Positions 39,862-53,829 are shown, numbered from the stretch's first letter. The stretch: DNA of 64,000 bases from Octopus vulgaris (GCA_951406725.2 OX597831.1:59706001-59770000), one strand, 5' to 3'. Numbers and translations: made by a program. The notes: generated by a model from the sequence alone, not told the origin.

Positions 39862-40241
39862 TTTGTTTTCTTCTTTCTTATTTGTGTCTCTCCTTACTAA
39901 CCGTCAGCCATTTTGTATTTCTATTAAATGTCTTCATTTGAGCATGCTTATATCTCTATGTTCGTCTATGTTCATCAAGTGTGTCTGTGTGGGGGGATAC
40001 CTGTAATATTTGTATCTTCTGTTTATATAATTTCATGTAATTTGTCTTTGTTGTTGATTTTGTTTATTCTATTTTGTTCATGTATTTAACATCCACTTAT
40101 TATCATCATTACATATGCTTGTATGTATGTATAACATCAATACTAGTAATAATAATAATTAAAAAAAAAAACTTATATAGTTATTTATTTCTATTTGTTT
40201 ATTTATCTGTGTATTTATTATGTTTTCGGGATCCTCTACCG

Positions 40242-40580
40242 TCATATGTTGTGGTGTGTGCTAGTGTTCCATTCTAGTTTCCTATTCAGGCTAGGTTTAT
40301 TTTCTATTATGTGTGTAGCTTCTGTAATTTGTCTGATTGTTGCATCTGTTCTCTGTGTGGACAATATTTTAATTTCTAAGTTGTTGATTGATCCCCCGTG
40401 TTACTGTTGGGCGTGTTGGTACAGAAACCTTGAGTTCTCTCCAATGTCATTTACCCGCTCTCCTATGCTTCTTGCCGTTTCCCCTACGTATGTCGTTGTC
40501 TTGTTACTGCATCGTCCCTCTATACATATTATACTATAGACTACATTTCTGGCTTTACAGTTTGTTTGTGGGCTATAATA
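40242..40580 (-). pseudogene. GIY-YIG endonuclease domain of a Penelope-like element (absent from the ORF track)
   Basis: Manual translation (113 codons, one internal TAA): YYSPQTNCKARNVVYSIICIEGRCSNKTTTYVGETARSIGERVNDIGENSRFLYQHAQQ*HGGSINNLEIKILSTQRTDATIRQITEATHIIENKPSLNRKLEWNTSTHHNI*. It shows VVY..YVGET.R, RQI.EA and P.LN motifs. Confidence 0.92.
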
Positions 40581-42600
40581 ATTTTATTTAAAATAATTTC
40601 TTTATTAATTTCTTTTTAAATTAATTTTTTTTAGTATAAATTTCTGTTAATTAATATTTATGAATTCATTTCCTTTAATTAATTTTTTAAAAATTTAATT
40701 AATTAAAATTTTTTTTTAAGAATTTTTTTTTCAAAAATTAAAAAAAAAAATTTACTCAATTTTTTTTTATAATTCATTTTTTAAAATTACTATTCATAAA
40801 ATTAATTTTTATATTAATTAATTTTATTTCATTATTTTTTTCAATTAAGTATTTGTTAATTTTTAAAAAAATATTTTTTTAAATAATGTCTTTTTTTAAT
40901 TAATTTTTTTTAGAATTAACTTTTGTTTAAATTCATCTTTTTTAAGTAATTTTTTTTTAATTTATGAAATTTTAATAAATATTTTTTTTAATTAATTTTT
41001 TTTGTAATTAAATTTTAGTTATTTCTATTTAAAATAATTTGTTTTCAATAATTTTTTTAAAATATTTTTTTTAATAATATTTTTTTATTAATTTTCTAAA
41101 ATAATATTTTTAATTAAATTTTTATTAATTTTTTTATTTAATTTTTTTTTAATAATTTTTTTAATTCCTTTTTCTTAAATACTTTTTAAAATTTCTTTTT
41201 TTTAAATAATTTTTTTTATTTAATTTATTTTAGTGATGTTTTTTAATTAATTTTTTTTAATTACTTGTTTTGGTAATTAATATTTTGTTAATTAATTCTT
41301 TAAATTAACTTTGTTTTTTATTTATTTATTGTTTTATTACTTTGATTTAATTCATTTTTTGTTAATTTTTTTTAATAATTTATTTTAATTAATATTTTTT
41401 TTGGAATATTTTCAAATAATTTTTTTAAAATGTTTTTTAAATAATTTTTTTTAATTAATTTCCTTTTAAATTAACGTTTTTCAGAATTAATTTTTTAAAA
41501 TTAATTTTTTAAAATTAATATTTGTAATAAATTTTTTACATTTTTTAAATTATTGTTTTTAATTAATTTTTTATAAATTACTTTAAAAAAATTGTGTTTT
41601 AATAATTGTTTTTCAATTAATTTGATTTTCAATTAATTTTCTTGTTAATTAATTTTTTAAATAATTTTTAAAATTAATTTTATTGATTAAATTTTTTTAA
41701 TTCATTTTTTAATTAGGTTTTTTTAATAAATTTCTTTTATTTAATGGTTTTTTAATAACTTTTTTTTGAAATAATTTCTTTAAATGAATTTTTTTAAAAA
41801 TTAATGTGTTTTAATTTGAAAGATTTTTCTGTTAATAATATTTTTTATTAATTTTTTTTTAATTAATTTTCTTCTTAATTAATATTTTTTAAAACAATTT
41901 TTTTGTTCTTATTTTTTTAATTAATTTTTTTTATTGTTTTTTTTTAATATTTTTTTTTACTTATTTGTTTAAATAAATTAATTTTTTTTAAAATAATTGT
42001 TGTTAATTTATATTTTTTTGGAATATTTTCGAATAATTTTTTTTAAATAAAATCTTTTTAAATAATTTTTTAAATTAATTTCTTTTTAAATTAAATTTTT
42101 ATAATTAAATTTTTTTAATTAATGTTTTTTAACAATAATTTTTTTTATTAATCTTTTTTAATTAATGTTTTTTGAATTAATTTTTTTCTTAATTAATATT
42201 TATTTTAATAAAGTTTTTTGTTATGTAATTTGTTTTAATTAATTTTTTAAATTAATTTCTTTTTAATTATATTTCTTTCTATTTAATTAATTTGTTTCAA
42301 TAAATCTTTTTTTAATAAAATTTTTTTAAAGTAATTTTTTTAAATAATTTTTTTTAATGAACTTGTTTTTCAAATAACTTTGTTTTAAATATTTTTTGTA
42401 AATGTTTGTTTTAATTAATATTTTTAAACTATCTTTTTTTATAATTAATTTTTTTTAGGTAATATTTTTTAATAAAATTTTTCAATTAATTTTTTTAATT
42501 ATTTTAAAAAAATAATTCTTTTTTAAATAATTTTTTTAAATAATTTTTTTAAAAAATAATTTTGTTTTCAATTAATTTTTTTCAATTAATTTTTAAAAAT
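40581..42600. repeat. ~2-kb near-pure A/T degenerate minisatellite (about 12-14 bp, T6-8 AATTAA/AAATAA)
   Basis: Recurrent ttttttaattaa and tttttttaaataa units, very few G/C, strongly T-skewed plus strand, sharp borders. Confidence 0.9.
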
Positions 42601-42739
42601 TATTCTGTCTGCAAGCATTATTAAATCTCTGAACGAAACGTAAACAGTAATCGCTCGACAATGTAAAGTATAATAGCCATCTCAATATGGCTAGCCACAC
42701 CGCGGTCCGGTGCGTATCACTTAGGCTTACGAGAAAGGG

Positions 42740-43500
42740 ATGGCCTCCCTTTCTATATTTCTCATATTAATGTTTTTATCATTAGGGACTGTAAAGTCGA
42801 TCATCTAGCACTTTCTATTCTCCTTATGTATTGCTACTACCAAATCATGGCTTCTAGTTTCTATTACTCTGTCAGTCTGAATGTTCAAGAGCCACGACAT
42901 CTTTTATTTCTTTTTAATACACTACCTGGCTTATGCTCATAACATTTATCAGTGTGTTCAAATCTTAGCTTTCTACATAGCTCCAGTGGATTACTCCCCT
43001 AGATTGTCATGCCTTTTCTTGTATTCTCTCTGAGCCAGCATGCTACATCCACTTACTATGTAAGCAACGATTTCCTTTTTGGATTTGCATAATCTACATT
43101 GAGATTCTACTTGCTTTTTGTCTATATTTGCTTTTATCCAATCAGTCCTTAATGCCTGATCTTGGGCAGATTAGTCCTTAATGCTTGATCTTGTGTATAT
43201 GTTACTATTGTTAACAAGGGTTATGCGGCTCTGATCGATCCTTAGTTGCCTTGCGAATGGATATAGTTTAATTTCAACCGGATTCATAATCCAGTAAAAG
43301 CAGTTCAATCGATTGGACTATTTTGGGAATACACATCAATCTTTGTTCCAAAAGTTCTATTGAGTATATTCGCAGTGGCTTTTTTTAACATTCATCCTTT
43401 ATTATGTATGTTGCTGTTTATTCGATCAATATACGTCTTTCATTTTTTGGATTAGTTGTTACTTAAGCGGTTGCAATAGGCTACTTTCCAAAGTCAACAA
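42740..43500 (-). mobile_element. R4/Dong LINE fragment (zinc knuckle plus RLE), decayed
   Basis: Minus strand reads HSKWM frameshifting into SGCSMLAQREYKKRHDNLG, then DKCYEHKPG and NIQTDRVIETRSHDLVV...MIDFTVP. Confidence 0.8.
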
Positions 43501-43559
43501 TATCAATATTGGCAGGACCAAATATCCGGTTATAATACTCACAAAATTTCTAAACTTAT

Positions 43560-43960
43560 GCTGTTTTACTTGTTTCAGTCATTTAACTGTGGCCATGCTG
43601 AAGCACCACCTTTAGTCGAGCAAATAGACCCCAGGACTTAGTCTTTGTAAGCCTAGTACTTATTCAATCGGTCCCGTTTGCTGAACCGCTAAGTTACGGG
43701 GACGTTAACACACCAGCATCGGTTGTCAAGCGATGTTGGGGGACAAGCACAGACATACAAACATACACACACATTAAAATATATATATCCATATGTACGA
43801 CGGGATTCCTTCAGTTTCCGTCTACCAAATCCACTCACAAGGCTTTGGTCGGCCTGAGGTTATAGTAAAAGACACTTGCCCAAGGTACCACGCATTGGGA
43901 CTCAACCCGGAACCGAGTAGTTGGTAAGCAAACTACTTACCACACAGCCACTCATACGCC
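43560..43960 (-). mobile_element. SINE family A, full length
   Basis: Co-linear reverse complement of 56413-56830. Confidence 0.92.
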
Positions 43961-44829
43961 TATATCAAATATTTTCCAGTAATCTATTACACAAGTTTTC
44001 ATATACACTTATATCCAAAGGTCTTAATATATCCGTATTAGTTCGATAGTACGTAATAATTATATTAGTATTAGGTATAAAAATATGCCTGGTATATACA
44101 GGTTTTTAAAAGGAACATGAAACTTTAATTAGTAGTCATACCTACTTCGGTATTTCTAATCGGATCAGTTGTAATGATAATTAGCCAAAAAAAAATGAGA
44201 TCATGAGAATTTCAACTAACGTGAACCGAATGCAGAAAAATCATATTCTATTTCAAATCAGTAAATAATAAATTATATGAATTATGGAGGCTATATTTCA
44301 TCTAAAACTTATTGAATTCATAGAAGTGGGATTACATATTCCAGTGCTGTACATGCTTTTTCCACATTAATCTCATAAAGTAGAGCATAAATTTCCAATA
44401 AATATTCGCTAATATCTGATCAAACTTACTTACGTAGCTATCAAAAATAAACGCGGCTACAGCTAGAATGTGATTTATGATTTATTGAAAACTCTGTTCA
44501 AGAAATATTTTCAATGAAATATCCTTGGGAAGTTTATCTAAATATTTAATATTATTTATGTGAATTAGTTCAAATATTCAAAAATAAAAATGCATTCTTA
44601 ATATCTTATACTGGTAAATAATTTTTCAATCTACATTCAAGTAATTTTTATTGCAGAAAGAAAGATTCCCTTCTAAAGTATCCAACATACGCGTTTGGGA
44701 GTAAAATAAGGTTTAATGTAAATTCTAAGCCAACACATTATTTTGAATTATACATGCGTACATGAACACAAAAACGTATCTGATGTGTGTTTGAGTGTGT
44801 GAGTGAGTGTGTGTGTGCATGAAAAGACG

Positions 44830-45480
44830 ATTGTATTTTTTCAAAACGTATCCGAGCATTGAATTTTAAAATAATTCATTTTTTTAAAATTTTAAAACAT
44901 TTTATTTAATTACCTTCAAAGAACAATACTTGAAAGTTCAGACATTTGTCCCAACGGTTCTGTCACTGCTGGTAATACATCAAGAACGCCTTCACTGCCA
45001 TGCTATTGAGCTCCGCTGTAGCTTTTCGCATATTTTTTCTCGCGACTATAATCTCTTCCCTTTCAGCGTGATTTCCAGTGTATGGAAGTACCAGAAGTCA
45101 GCAGAATCTAGAGCCTTTCGATCAAGAGATGTGTTGTCATTTAACAGAATAGTCAGATTGCGTTGTGCATGCATAAGGAATTCGATTTTGTCTTCACTGC
45201 CCCTCTCCGCATACACAAATTCTCCGTTAAAACAGAATACATCGATATTGTGCTTATTCCCACCTCGCTTGTAATTTACTGCGTTGTCACAAGCCAGAAC
45301 TCAATTACTATTAGACGAATCATTCATCAGCTCCTCGTTTCGGCTTGTGGATGACCTGTCTGAGTGTGCTTCGCTCTCCAATGAATTGCGACCCAGTTCT
45401 CATTGTACTTGTCTTTGATCTGAATTTTGCCCATTGCATCATCACCAAAGCTCTGCTGAATTTTTGGGATGCTTTGAACT
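44830..45480 (-). mobile_element. Internally deleted mariner remnant
   Basis: IPKIQQSFGDDAMGKIQIKDKYN and LESEAHSDRSSTSRNEE (HTH region); a decayed SADFWYFHTL resembles the PSDFFLF region. Confidence 0.7.
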
Positions 45481-45483
45481 GGA

Positions 45484-45511
45484 ATAATGATAATAATAAT
45501 AGAAATAATAA

Positions 45512-45576
<65 letters not shown>

Positions 45577-45582
45577 ATGATA
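45484..45582. repeat. (AAT)n/(AGT)n microsatellite
   Basis: Seen directly. Confidence 0.95.
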
Positions 45583-45589
45583 ACGGCAT

Positions 45590-45840
45590 CAAAGCCATTA
45601 ACACTCTGGTACAAATTGAGGAGCGGTGGATCCAGAAGCCCCTGCATGGACGGTATATACTTTGAAGTCGAAATGCGAAGGTAGACCAAGTAACTACTCA
45701 TCAGTGGATGGGAATTTTAGAACTGAAAGCAGAAACTGAATGCTTCATAATGGCGGCACAAGATAAAAGCTTGTTTACAAAAATATTACCAGGCTAATAT
45801 TCTTCAAAACGGTTCTCACCCTAAATGCGAAACATTTGAA
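45590..45840 (+). mobile_element. R4/Dong LINE fragment (region before the zinc knuckle)
   Basis: WIQKPLHGRY...DQVTTHQWMGILELKAETECFIMAAQDKSL...YYQANILQNGSHPKC. Confidence 0.85.
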
Positions 45841-46226
45841 AAAGCGGATCCGTTTTATGAAGAACAAACAACTTCCTGCGGTCGATGAACAGTAGAACAG
45901 CTATTGGGAGGTAGATTTATCAGCGTGTCAGGGAATCTTTCCCATGCTAGTTACGAAAAAATCAGACATTTTAATGTTGTGTGAAGGAAAGAATGTTGTG
46001 AATCTAGTCAATTTAACGGTTCTTCATGAAGATAACTTAGACGTCACTCGAGATTGAAAGATTGATCGCTATGTAAACCTCCTCAAGTAATATGGAGACG
46101 TAGGGTGCAAAGCGGAGCCTCATATTAGTGAGGGGGCGGTGTGTATTGAGGCTCTCGAGAGGTAGCATATATGCTATATATATATATATATATATAAGCA
46201 TACATATATATACACACACACACACA

Positions 46227-46276
<50 letters not shown>

Positions 46277-46298
46277 TATACATATGTATGTATATATA

Positions 46299-46329
<31 letters not shown>

Positions 46330-46673
46330 GCATGTGTGCGTGTGTGCGTGTGGTTGCGCGCGCATATTTTGCTATTCGTTCTAATTGTAACATTCCCTCA
46401 TTATAATTGCTATATATAGTTCAATATTCGGCAACGTAACATGTTTCACCATATTACACAAGGAATGAATAATAATGGGTATAGCGGATTACTAACTGAC
46501 GCACATATTCTCTTCTGTTATTATCGTTACGCTCTTTATAGTACGTTACATCACGCCCTCTGATACAGGTAACCTGCGTGTACATTTGATGGTAGGTATT
46601 TAACTCGATTAACATGAGACCCGAAACCTTTGTGCTTTAAGTGACACTCATAGAACGCATGCAGTCATTCCTA

Positions 46674-46747
<74 letters not shown>

Positions 46748-46839
46748 AGCTGTCCCCGCGTTATTGAGTATGGCCATTGCACGAAGCTTAATTAATGTTG
46801 TTATCTTGCAATGCCTGTGCAAGAAGATTTTTTTTTAAG

Positions 46840-47297
46840 TGAGGAAAGGCTGTGCACTGAATCAATCCCACTCACCAAGCAACAGCATCCATAATCCGAA
46901 AAGAAGAACAATTCAACATCATCGGTACCCACTGAGCCGCAGGTTTTATGTCAGAGTTATCTCAGTTACAAGAGTTACCTTCTCCTAGAAGGCTGTTCTA
47001 ACAAAGCCTAGGAGTCCTTCACTCCCAATGGTTTAACCGCGCAATCGGGTAATCAGTCCGATTATATCTATGTCCCCGCGCATGATACAGCCTTAAGACA
47101 TTTATTGGATGGCCATTGACTCTCAAGAGTTCCTCCGCCCTTTGACGGGTTTTGTTTTTCATCCTGCAGGGTGTCCAATAAACATCCTCCTCACCAAGCA
47201 AGCTTTGTGAGGTTGCCGGTTTAGTCGCCGACGACCCGACCATGCAACAGGTTGTACTGGGTTACATGTTACCAGTAGCACTCGAAAGTGACCTGAA
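46840..47297 (-). mobile_element. GC-richer interspersed repeat between (TA)n arrays, possibly a non-LTR (RTE-like) 5' UTR
   Basis: Non-coding, with sharp compositional borders. Minus-strand CCTAGGCTTTGTTAGAACAGCCTTCTAGGAGAAGGTAACTC recalls RTE 5' UTR motifs; this is from memory and unverified. Confidence 0.4.
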
Positions 47298-48702
47298 ATA
47301 TATATATATATATATATGTCCAACACACATACACAGAAACACACACATTTATGTGTATATATCATTATAGATGTCTGTGACTCTGCGTGTGTGTGCATCT
47401 GTGCGTATGTGTGTGTGTGTGTGTGTTTTATGAATGTGTTTTCCTATAAGCAGTTTGTGTGAGCATAGGACATCTCGTATATATCATTCTAATGATGATA
47501 CGAGTTTTCCTACATTTGTAATATTATTTAATTTCTTGTTCTTTAATATGTACTTAGTTAATGAAAAGATTTTAGAAGTAACTTTCTTTTGAAAAGCATT
47601 TGAATTCTATTTGCTTCTGAAAGACATGATTTGAGAATTGCAATTCTAACATTTGATTGAAAATAGTGTCCAACATTCAACATGATATTCTGCATTAAAC
47701 AACTACTGTGATCGATGTTTAAGTATGATAATTAAATAATTAAATGAAAATATTAAGCAATGACATGAAACGTGTAAACATCTGACGTGAAAAAGAAGCC
47801 TAAAATAATTGAAGGTTATTTTGGTCCTAATTGTAATCGATATGCGACATGTTTACTTGTTTCTCATAATGATTGGATTGAATTTCTGATTGTATTTTTG
47901 TTTGCACATATATGTTCTCTTTTAAGAAAGTATTCTTGTCAAACATTTCATATTTAAAATGAATATCGCAATTTAATTGTATGTATTTTATGAAAGATGT
48001 TGTAATTATATTTTGAAACTAATTTATTTATTGAAACTAATATATTTATACCACTGGTTTATCTCTCATCGAAGACATTCTTTGATTACTGATGTAATAA
48101 TTATATATTAAATTTTAAATTTTATTTTTGTTGATAGAATAGAATCCAAAATAGTTTCGAAAGATCTGTTAGAGTAAGTAAATATATATCCTAATCAATT
48201 ATTCATAATGGACTGCAATTGTTTCAGAAACTTATATATTTTAGGAATAGCATTTCAATCATAGTTTGTCTTGGAATTTTACTCTTTAATCACGAAGGAA
48301 ACCTTCATAATAATATATAATTAGACTGTGTATTTGGTATGGGGCTGTGAGAATGTTTTATTCACAACGATGGTGCAGTACATACGCTAGTTACAGATTG
48401 CTTTAAAACCGGTGTTCTCAGTGACCAACTGTTTGCACTAGATGGTAGAATCTCTCCATCGAAAAACTTAGAGTTCAAAGAACAGGAACGAACCTGACGA
48501 TATATTTTAACCGTGCTCCAATGGATTTGTAATCCATGAGACAAATATTATGCTTCGGCGTCAAGCATGTTTTCTATACCTTGAGCTTGCACGAATTCAG
48601 GAAAATAATTTAGGACTTCTATGCCAACGACCCACCAACACCACGTCAAACACAAACGCTTAGTACGAAAGTAACATCACGGAAGTTACTAATACCATGA
48701 TC

Positions 48703-48784
48703 TCTGCCACTGCCACTAGTACATGCATCGATACTGCCACTAGTGCAGGAACCACCACTGCCACTTACACATGCACCGCCTCCC
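48703..48784. repeat. Short ~24-bp minisatellite (ACTGCCACTAGT core, about 3.5 copies)
   Basis: ctgccactagtacatgcatcgata / ctgccactagtgcaggaaccacca / ctgccacttacacatgcaccgcc. Confidence 0.75.
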
Positions 48785-51700
48785 TTAAGATCATTATTGC
48801 ACAGTAAACTAAATTTAAATGATGTAGAATAACTGAATGAAACAAAATAGATTACGTGACAAGCAACACAAGAAGTAATTAATAAACAGCATGGACTCAC
48901 AAATGTTAAATACAACTCATTCATGATATATAGAAAACGAAAATTATGCACGAAAAAATTTGCAAGAAAAATGCAGAAATTGGGTTGAGTAATAGTTAGA
49001 TAGCTGGAGTGGAGAGTGGGGTCAATAAATGTAAGTACAAAAAGTAATACTAGAAATAGATACGACTAACTGGAAGGACGAAGCACTCGGCCTTCCACAG
49101 TAACTATGGACCTTGTATTTCTGTTCTTCCATTGAACATGGAGTAAGGGCATAAGCATCTGTAGCAGTGTCAGCTTGAAATCGATAGCCCCAAGCAAATG
49201 AATGATATTAAATCATTAGACATAGATGTTCGGAGCACAAAGACGTCTCGCCCATTTTCGACGGTTAAGGTTATAAAATGTGAACAGAAATGCGTTACAA
49301 ATCGCAGAAAATGACGGTAGTGTTGGCCGTGTGACCAGCAACTAAGTACTGCGTTTGATGTGACACGGTTAATATGTATGTACATGTATGTATATTTGTA
49401 CACCCACACACACATTCACACATCTATATGTGTAAGTGAAAGCATGGCGTAGGGTACTTTATTTACGAACATAAAATATAAGTCAGTATTTCTTGTTAAA
49501 AACAACTCAAAGCTGGCAACATACTTCGTAAATATTTACACATTCTACGATTGTTAAAAACAGTAATGAAAAAGCAATATATTCAGATATTTATTTTTAT
49601 GACGAAATCGTTCCGTTATATTCTTGTATAAAAATGATTTCTCTCACTCGTTTTAATTTGTTTTTCCTCTACAAACATTTACTGCAATCTCTTACTCTCA
49701 CAGAGTGAAAAACAATCACACATCCTTGCACGAAAAACATTCTCACACATTTGACTTATAAAGTGCGTACGAATAAATATCTATAGGCGAATTGCGAAAG
49801 GAAAGAACGATTCTATTGAAATATTTTCATAACGTTCAAGATATTCTTTCATGTTTCTGCTGAATTTTTAAAATCAAATAACCAGCTGAACTTTTAGGTT
49901 TCCGAAATTTATCATACTGTTTTAAAAAATCAAGGAGCATTAATATATTATTTTATCATAAAATCATAAAAGAGTTTATCCATATTCATATTACACATTT
50001 ATTCAATTACTATTGCATTTTTACAGTCGGCAAAAATTAATCTTATCACGCCGCCTTAGTATATTCTACCTCTATATTACAAATATTTGGCGAAATTTTT
50101 CAACATGTCAGTTCTGTACATGCAATAATATAAAGTCTTATTCTATGCCAAAGGTTTACTGATATTACTGATATTACTAGAGCTGTTCTTTGTATAAAAT
50201 GATGGTACCAATATCACATAGTCAATTGTCAATTTCTAATATTTGCATTAAAAACGTAGAACTAATCGGAGATGTCGAGTATAAAGTTGAAAAGAAATCT
50301 ATTGTTTTACAGCAAACTGGATATGAATGCATATAATTTGAGACCCGGATCAAAATATTTATCAGAGCCTTTCATTTGTACGTTCTAGTCCCATATAAGA
50401 GTTTTGATATTAAAATTTAATCACATGTACATGTTTTATAGATAACTTATCTGTAAGCAATCATTTCTGCCTAGCGCAAGACATTGTGTATACGTTATAC
50501 ACTCGCATAGATAAACTAGAATGATGTATAAACCTATTTGTATATTTTCGATATATTATTTCTTTTATTTTTAATTGTAAATGCATGGATAATGTAACAG
50601 AAATATCGTCATATAAAGAATATTTAAATCCAGTTATATCCTTAAATTCCCTTGTGTTTGCTCGCAGCTATTATTAACGTAGTCTTCAAAGTATATTTTA
50701 AATATCCTACTGAGTATGTTATTTTCAGCAAATTTTAATAATCAGTAATATTTAGCTGTTGGCAATTTCCAATTTCTCTGCATCTTTTCAGGTTTCTAAT
50801 CATTGTGCTTATGTCTGCTTATAGCTCTAAGCTTCCACGTAAATTGTGGGATTATATTATAGTTACTTATTTCATAACACTGATACTAAAATGTGCAACA
50901 GAACAATTTAGAAGCACACATACACAAATACATACATAGATGCATATATGCATACACGCAAAGGCTGACACATAGTAAGTTTCTGGTTGGTTGTTTAGAT
51001 ACATCCAGACGTGATTGAAAAAATAGTTGTTAAAGTTGCTAAAGTTTCTTATATATACGTATTGCTTTATTATATAATTTCCACTTATTGATAAGAAAAT
51101 ATTAATCACAAGCGATGCCAAATATAATTCAGTTTAATTCCTGAGTCTTATGTGGTATTCGGTTCCCTGCAGTAATGAAGTTTAATACAACTGAATGGTG
51201 CTGCATATATTTGTGAAGGACATATGTTGGCAGATCATTTCCGAAATTGATTCTAAGTTAAACAAATCTAGACTTTGGTATGTATATAAATGTCATCAGT
51301 AATATAATTTTATCTCCTTTAAATGGCTAAACTGTTTATGAGTTGTTTTACCCATGTATTTTAAACTTTAGTGATTCAAATGAAAGAGAACATAAGAGAA
51401 TTACTTTCATATAATTTAGGTATCATTCTAATATTTTGATCTAGAAAAAAATTGTAGATTATTAACTAATATTGTCAATTTTGGTATTAAGAGAAATTGT
51501 GTAGTTATTTGTAGGGAAATTAAAAAGTGACGTGATCTCTCCTTGACAAGAAAAAATTTTGTGTATACATTTATTTCAATATTAATAATGTTCCACAATC
51601 CATAACCCAATACAGCAACTGATTTCTTGCATTCCAATCCTGACTATGCTATGTTAGCCGGTCAAGCGTGTTAACAGTAGGAACGTCACTAATATTGAAT

Positions 51701-53829
51701 GGGCATGCTATAACACAGCTTCCATGAAGATAAAATACGTTGAAAATGTTTAAAAACTCTTTTAATTTCTCTATTTAATCTGACGTTTGTATTTACAGAG
51801 AAGTACAAAGAAATACACGAATAAATTATGAAATATCACAATACACAGAAATTTACGTAGAAATGCGCACCTCTTGCAAAATCACCTTCCTCATTTGTCG
51901 TCAAATAATACCTTTCTAACAAAATTCTTCGGAAATCTTCCATATACAAAATGCTTTGTATTTGATGGAAGTGTGTGTTAAAATTACGTTCGAGAAATTC
52001 AAATATAATGTAGTAGCATTTTAACAGACCTTAAAAATAATTGAAGCCAGATGCCTTCCCTTACTCGCCGTACTGACTTTTACTGCAGATATTTAATTGC
52101 GTGCGGAAAGATAATGTAAGACAATTTGCTTTACTTTACTCAATTTAGAAGAGAGAAAGGTCATTATTAGCACTAAGAATTTAAACTGATGAAGAATATC
52201 ATCTACTTTGAGAGGATAACACTGCACATAAAGTATCCTTATGTGATAATCTGATCTTGAACGGAGTCATGTGAGCTGGGTTAAATTTACAAATTTATGA
52301 ACAAAGACTTAAATGATCTGAGAGAGTTACCAATAAAATGCAATTTTGTTCAATTAACATTTCATTCACTAAGCATTTCACATTCTGCAAATGCACACGT
52401 GCATTCATAAAATCATCCATCCATTCATCCAATCATCCACTCCTGCATTAATCCATCCATCCATACGTTCATACATATATCTGAATATGTTACCCCTTCA
52501 TATATGTTATGCAGTGTTGTAGGTATGTTTTCCACAGTGTGCAAGTCATGTAGCGCTCTTGCGACGGTGCTGCTGGGAATAAAGATTCGATGTTTACAGG
52601 CGGTCATTTTAATTAAAATCTATAATGCCCCTTATATGTTTACGGAATCCTCTCAATTCATGTAATGCCTCTTTTGGGGTGATGAAACCACAAGGGCAGC
52701 AGCATTCAGCTGTGGCTGCAAAAAAGGAGGAGCAGAGCTTGATGATGAGATCTTACCCTCTGAGCGCCACCCTCTCTCTCTCCTGCAATGTTATCACCAT
52801 TTCAAATATGCTTGTGGAACGTTTGGACTAATAAATAAGCCATTCACCGTGTTTTGTTCTGGAGAAAATTTCTCGCTGGCCACAATGGTGTAAATACACC
52901 GAAGTCAGTCCGCAGCGCCCACTTTCCAGATTGGAGTAGTTGTCTTATGTTAGGTCAAAGACACTGGGCAGACGGCACTGCGAAGCGATGTCACCGAGAA
53001 AAAAACAATATCAAAAACAAATTAAAATTTCCCACCGAATCCCTAAAAAGACAGATGCCTACTTTGCAGTCGCGCCTTCAACAGTTCTTTAATTCGAGAC
53101 GGCTTCCAAGCACGTCTTGACAGTGTTCACTCTCGTAAATGAGTGACAAACTCACGCATACGTAAGCGGTAAGTAAGCTACTTACCACATACACACGACT
53201 GCGCATATTCATATATATGGTTTATTTTCCCTATATTTGATAAGCAGTGCACTGATAAATTATTCAGGACATTCGTTTTAATAAATGTAGTACTGACGCC
53301 GGTAGAAATGCTGATTGGTAGAATGCCGATTGAAGTATATGTTTCTGTTATTTAAGCTGGTGGGTTTATATAAGCTGATGGGTTTTTTATATCTACTTTA
53401 AAGTTGTCTTCTGACTGTCATATGTGAACACTTTTTACGAGAAATGCATTTCGAATTCAAAAAGGATTTAAAATAAAGATGTGATCTTGACTCCTTAGGA
53501 ACTTAAATAGTGCTGTTTCACTCTTCTTACCATACTGCTATCTAGTGTTATTTTTAGTGCATTACTCGAATGGTTATATAATTTTTATCAATGTATTTAC
53601 GAATTTTCACAAGGAAAATCTATTAGTTTACTAGCAGACGGAAGACTGCCGTGTCTACTACGCAGTCAATTGTTTATTAGCCGGAGCAAATGTTACCTCT
53701 AATTACAGGCCCTTTAATACCGTAGTGTCATAAAATGAAATGCATTCTTACTATTATAGTTGCGGACATTTTTAGAGATGTATGCCGTTAATTCAGTGGA
53801 GTTACTAATGACAAACCCCAAAGTTAAAT

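Larger units (their letters stand above)
39665..40580 (-). mobile_element. 3' portion of a Penelope-like element (GIY-YIG endonuclease plus 3' pLTR with HHR), ending in (TA)n
   Basis: GIY-YIG frame at 40580-40242, an HHR-like motif at 39817-39861 on the same strand, and (TA)n at 39641-39666. Confidence 0.85.

Noticed and set aside
48646-48951. ORF with GSG/CTSGS repeats
   Set aside because: The repeats come from a short 24-bp minisatellite, with no supporting exon structure.
52625-53120. Possible Tx1/L1 3' fragment
   Set aside because: Only a vague resemblance; no diagnostic motif could be read.
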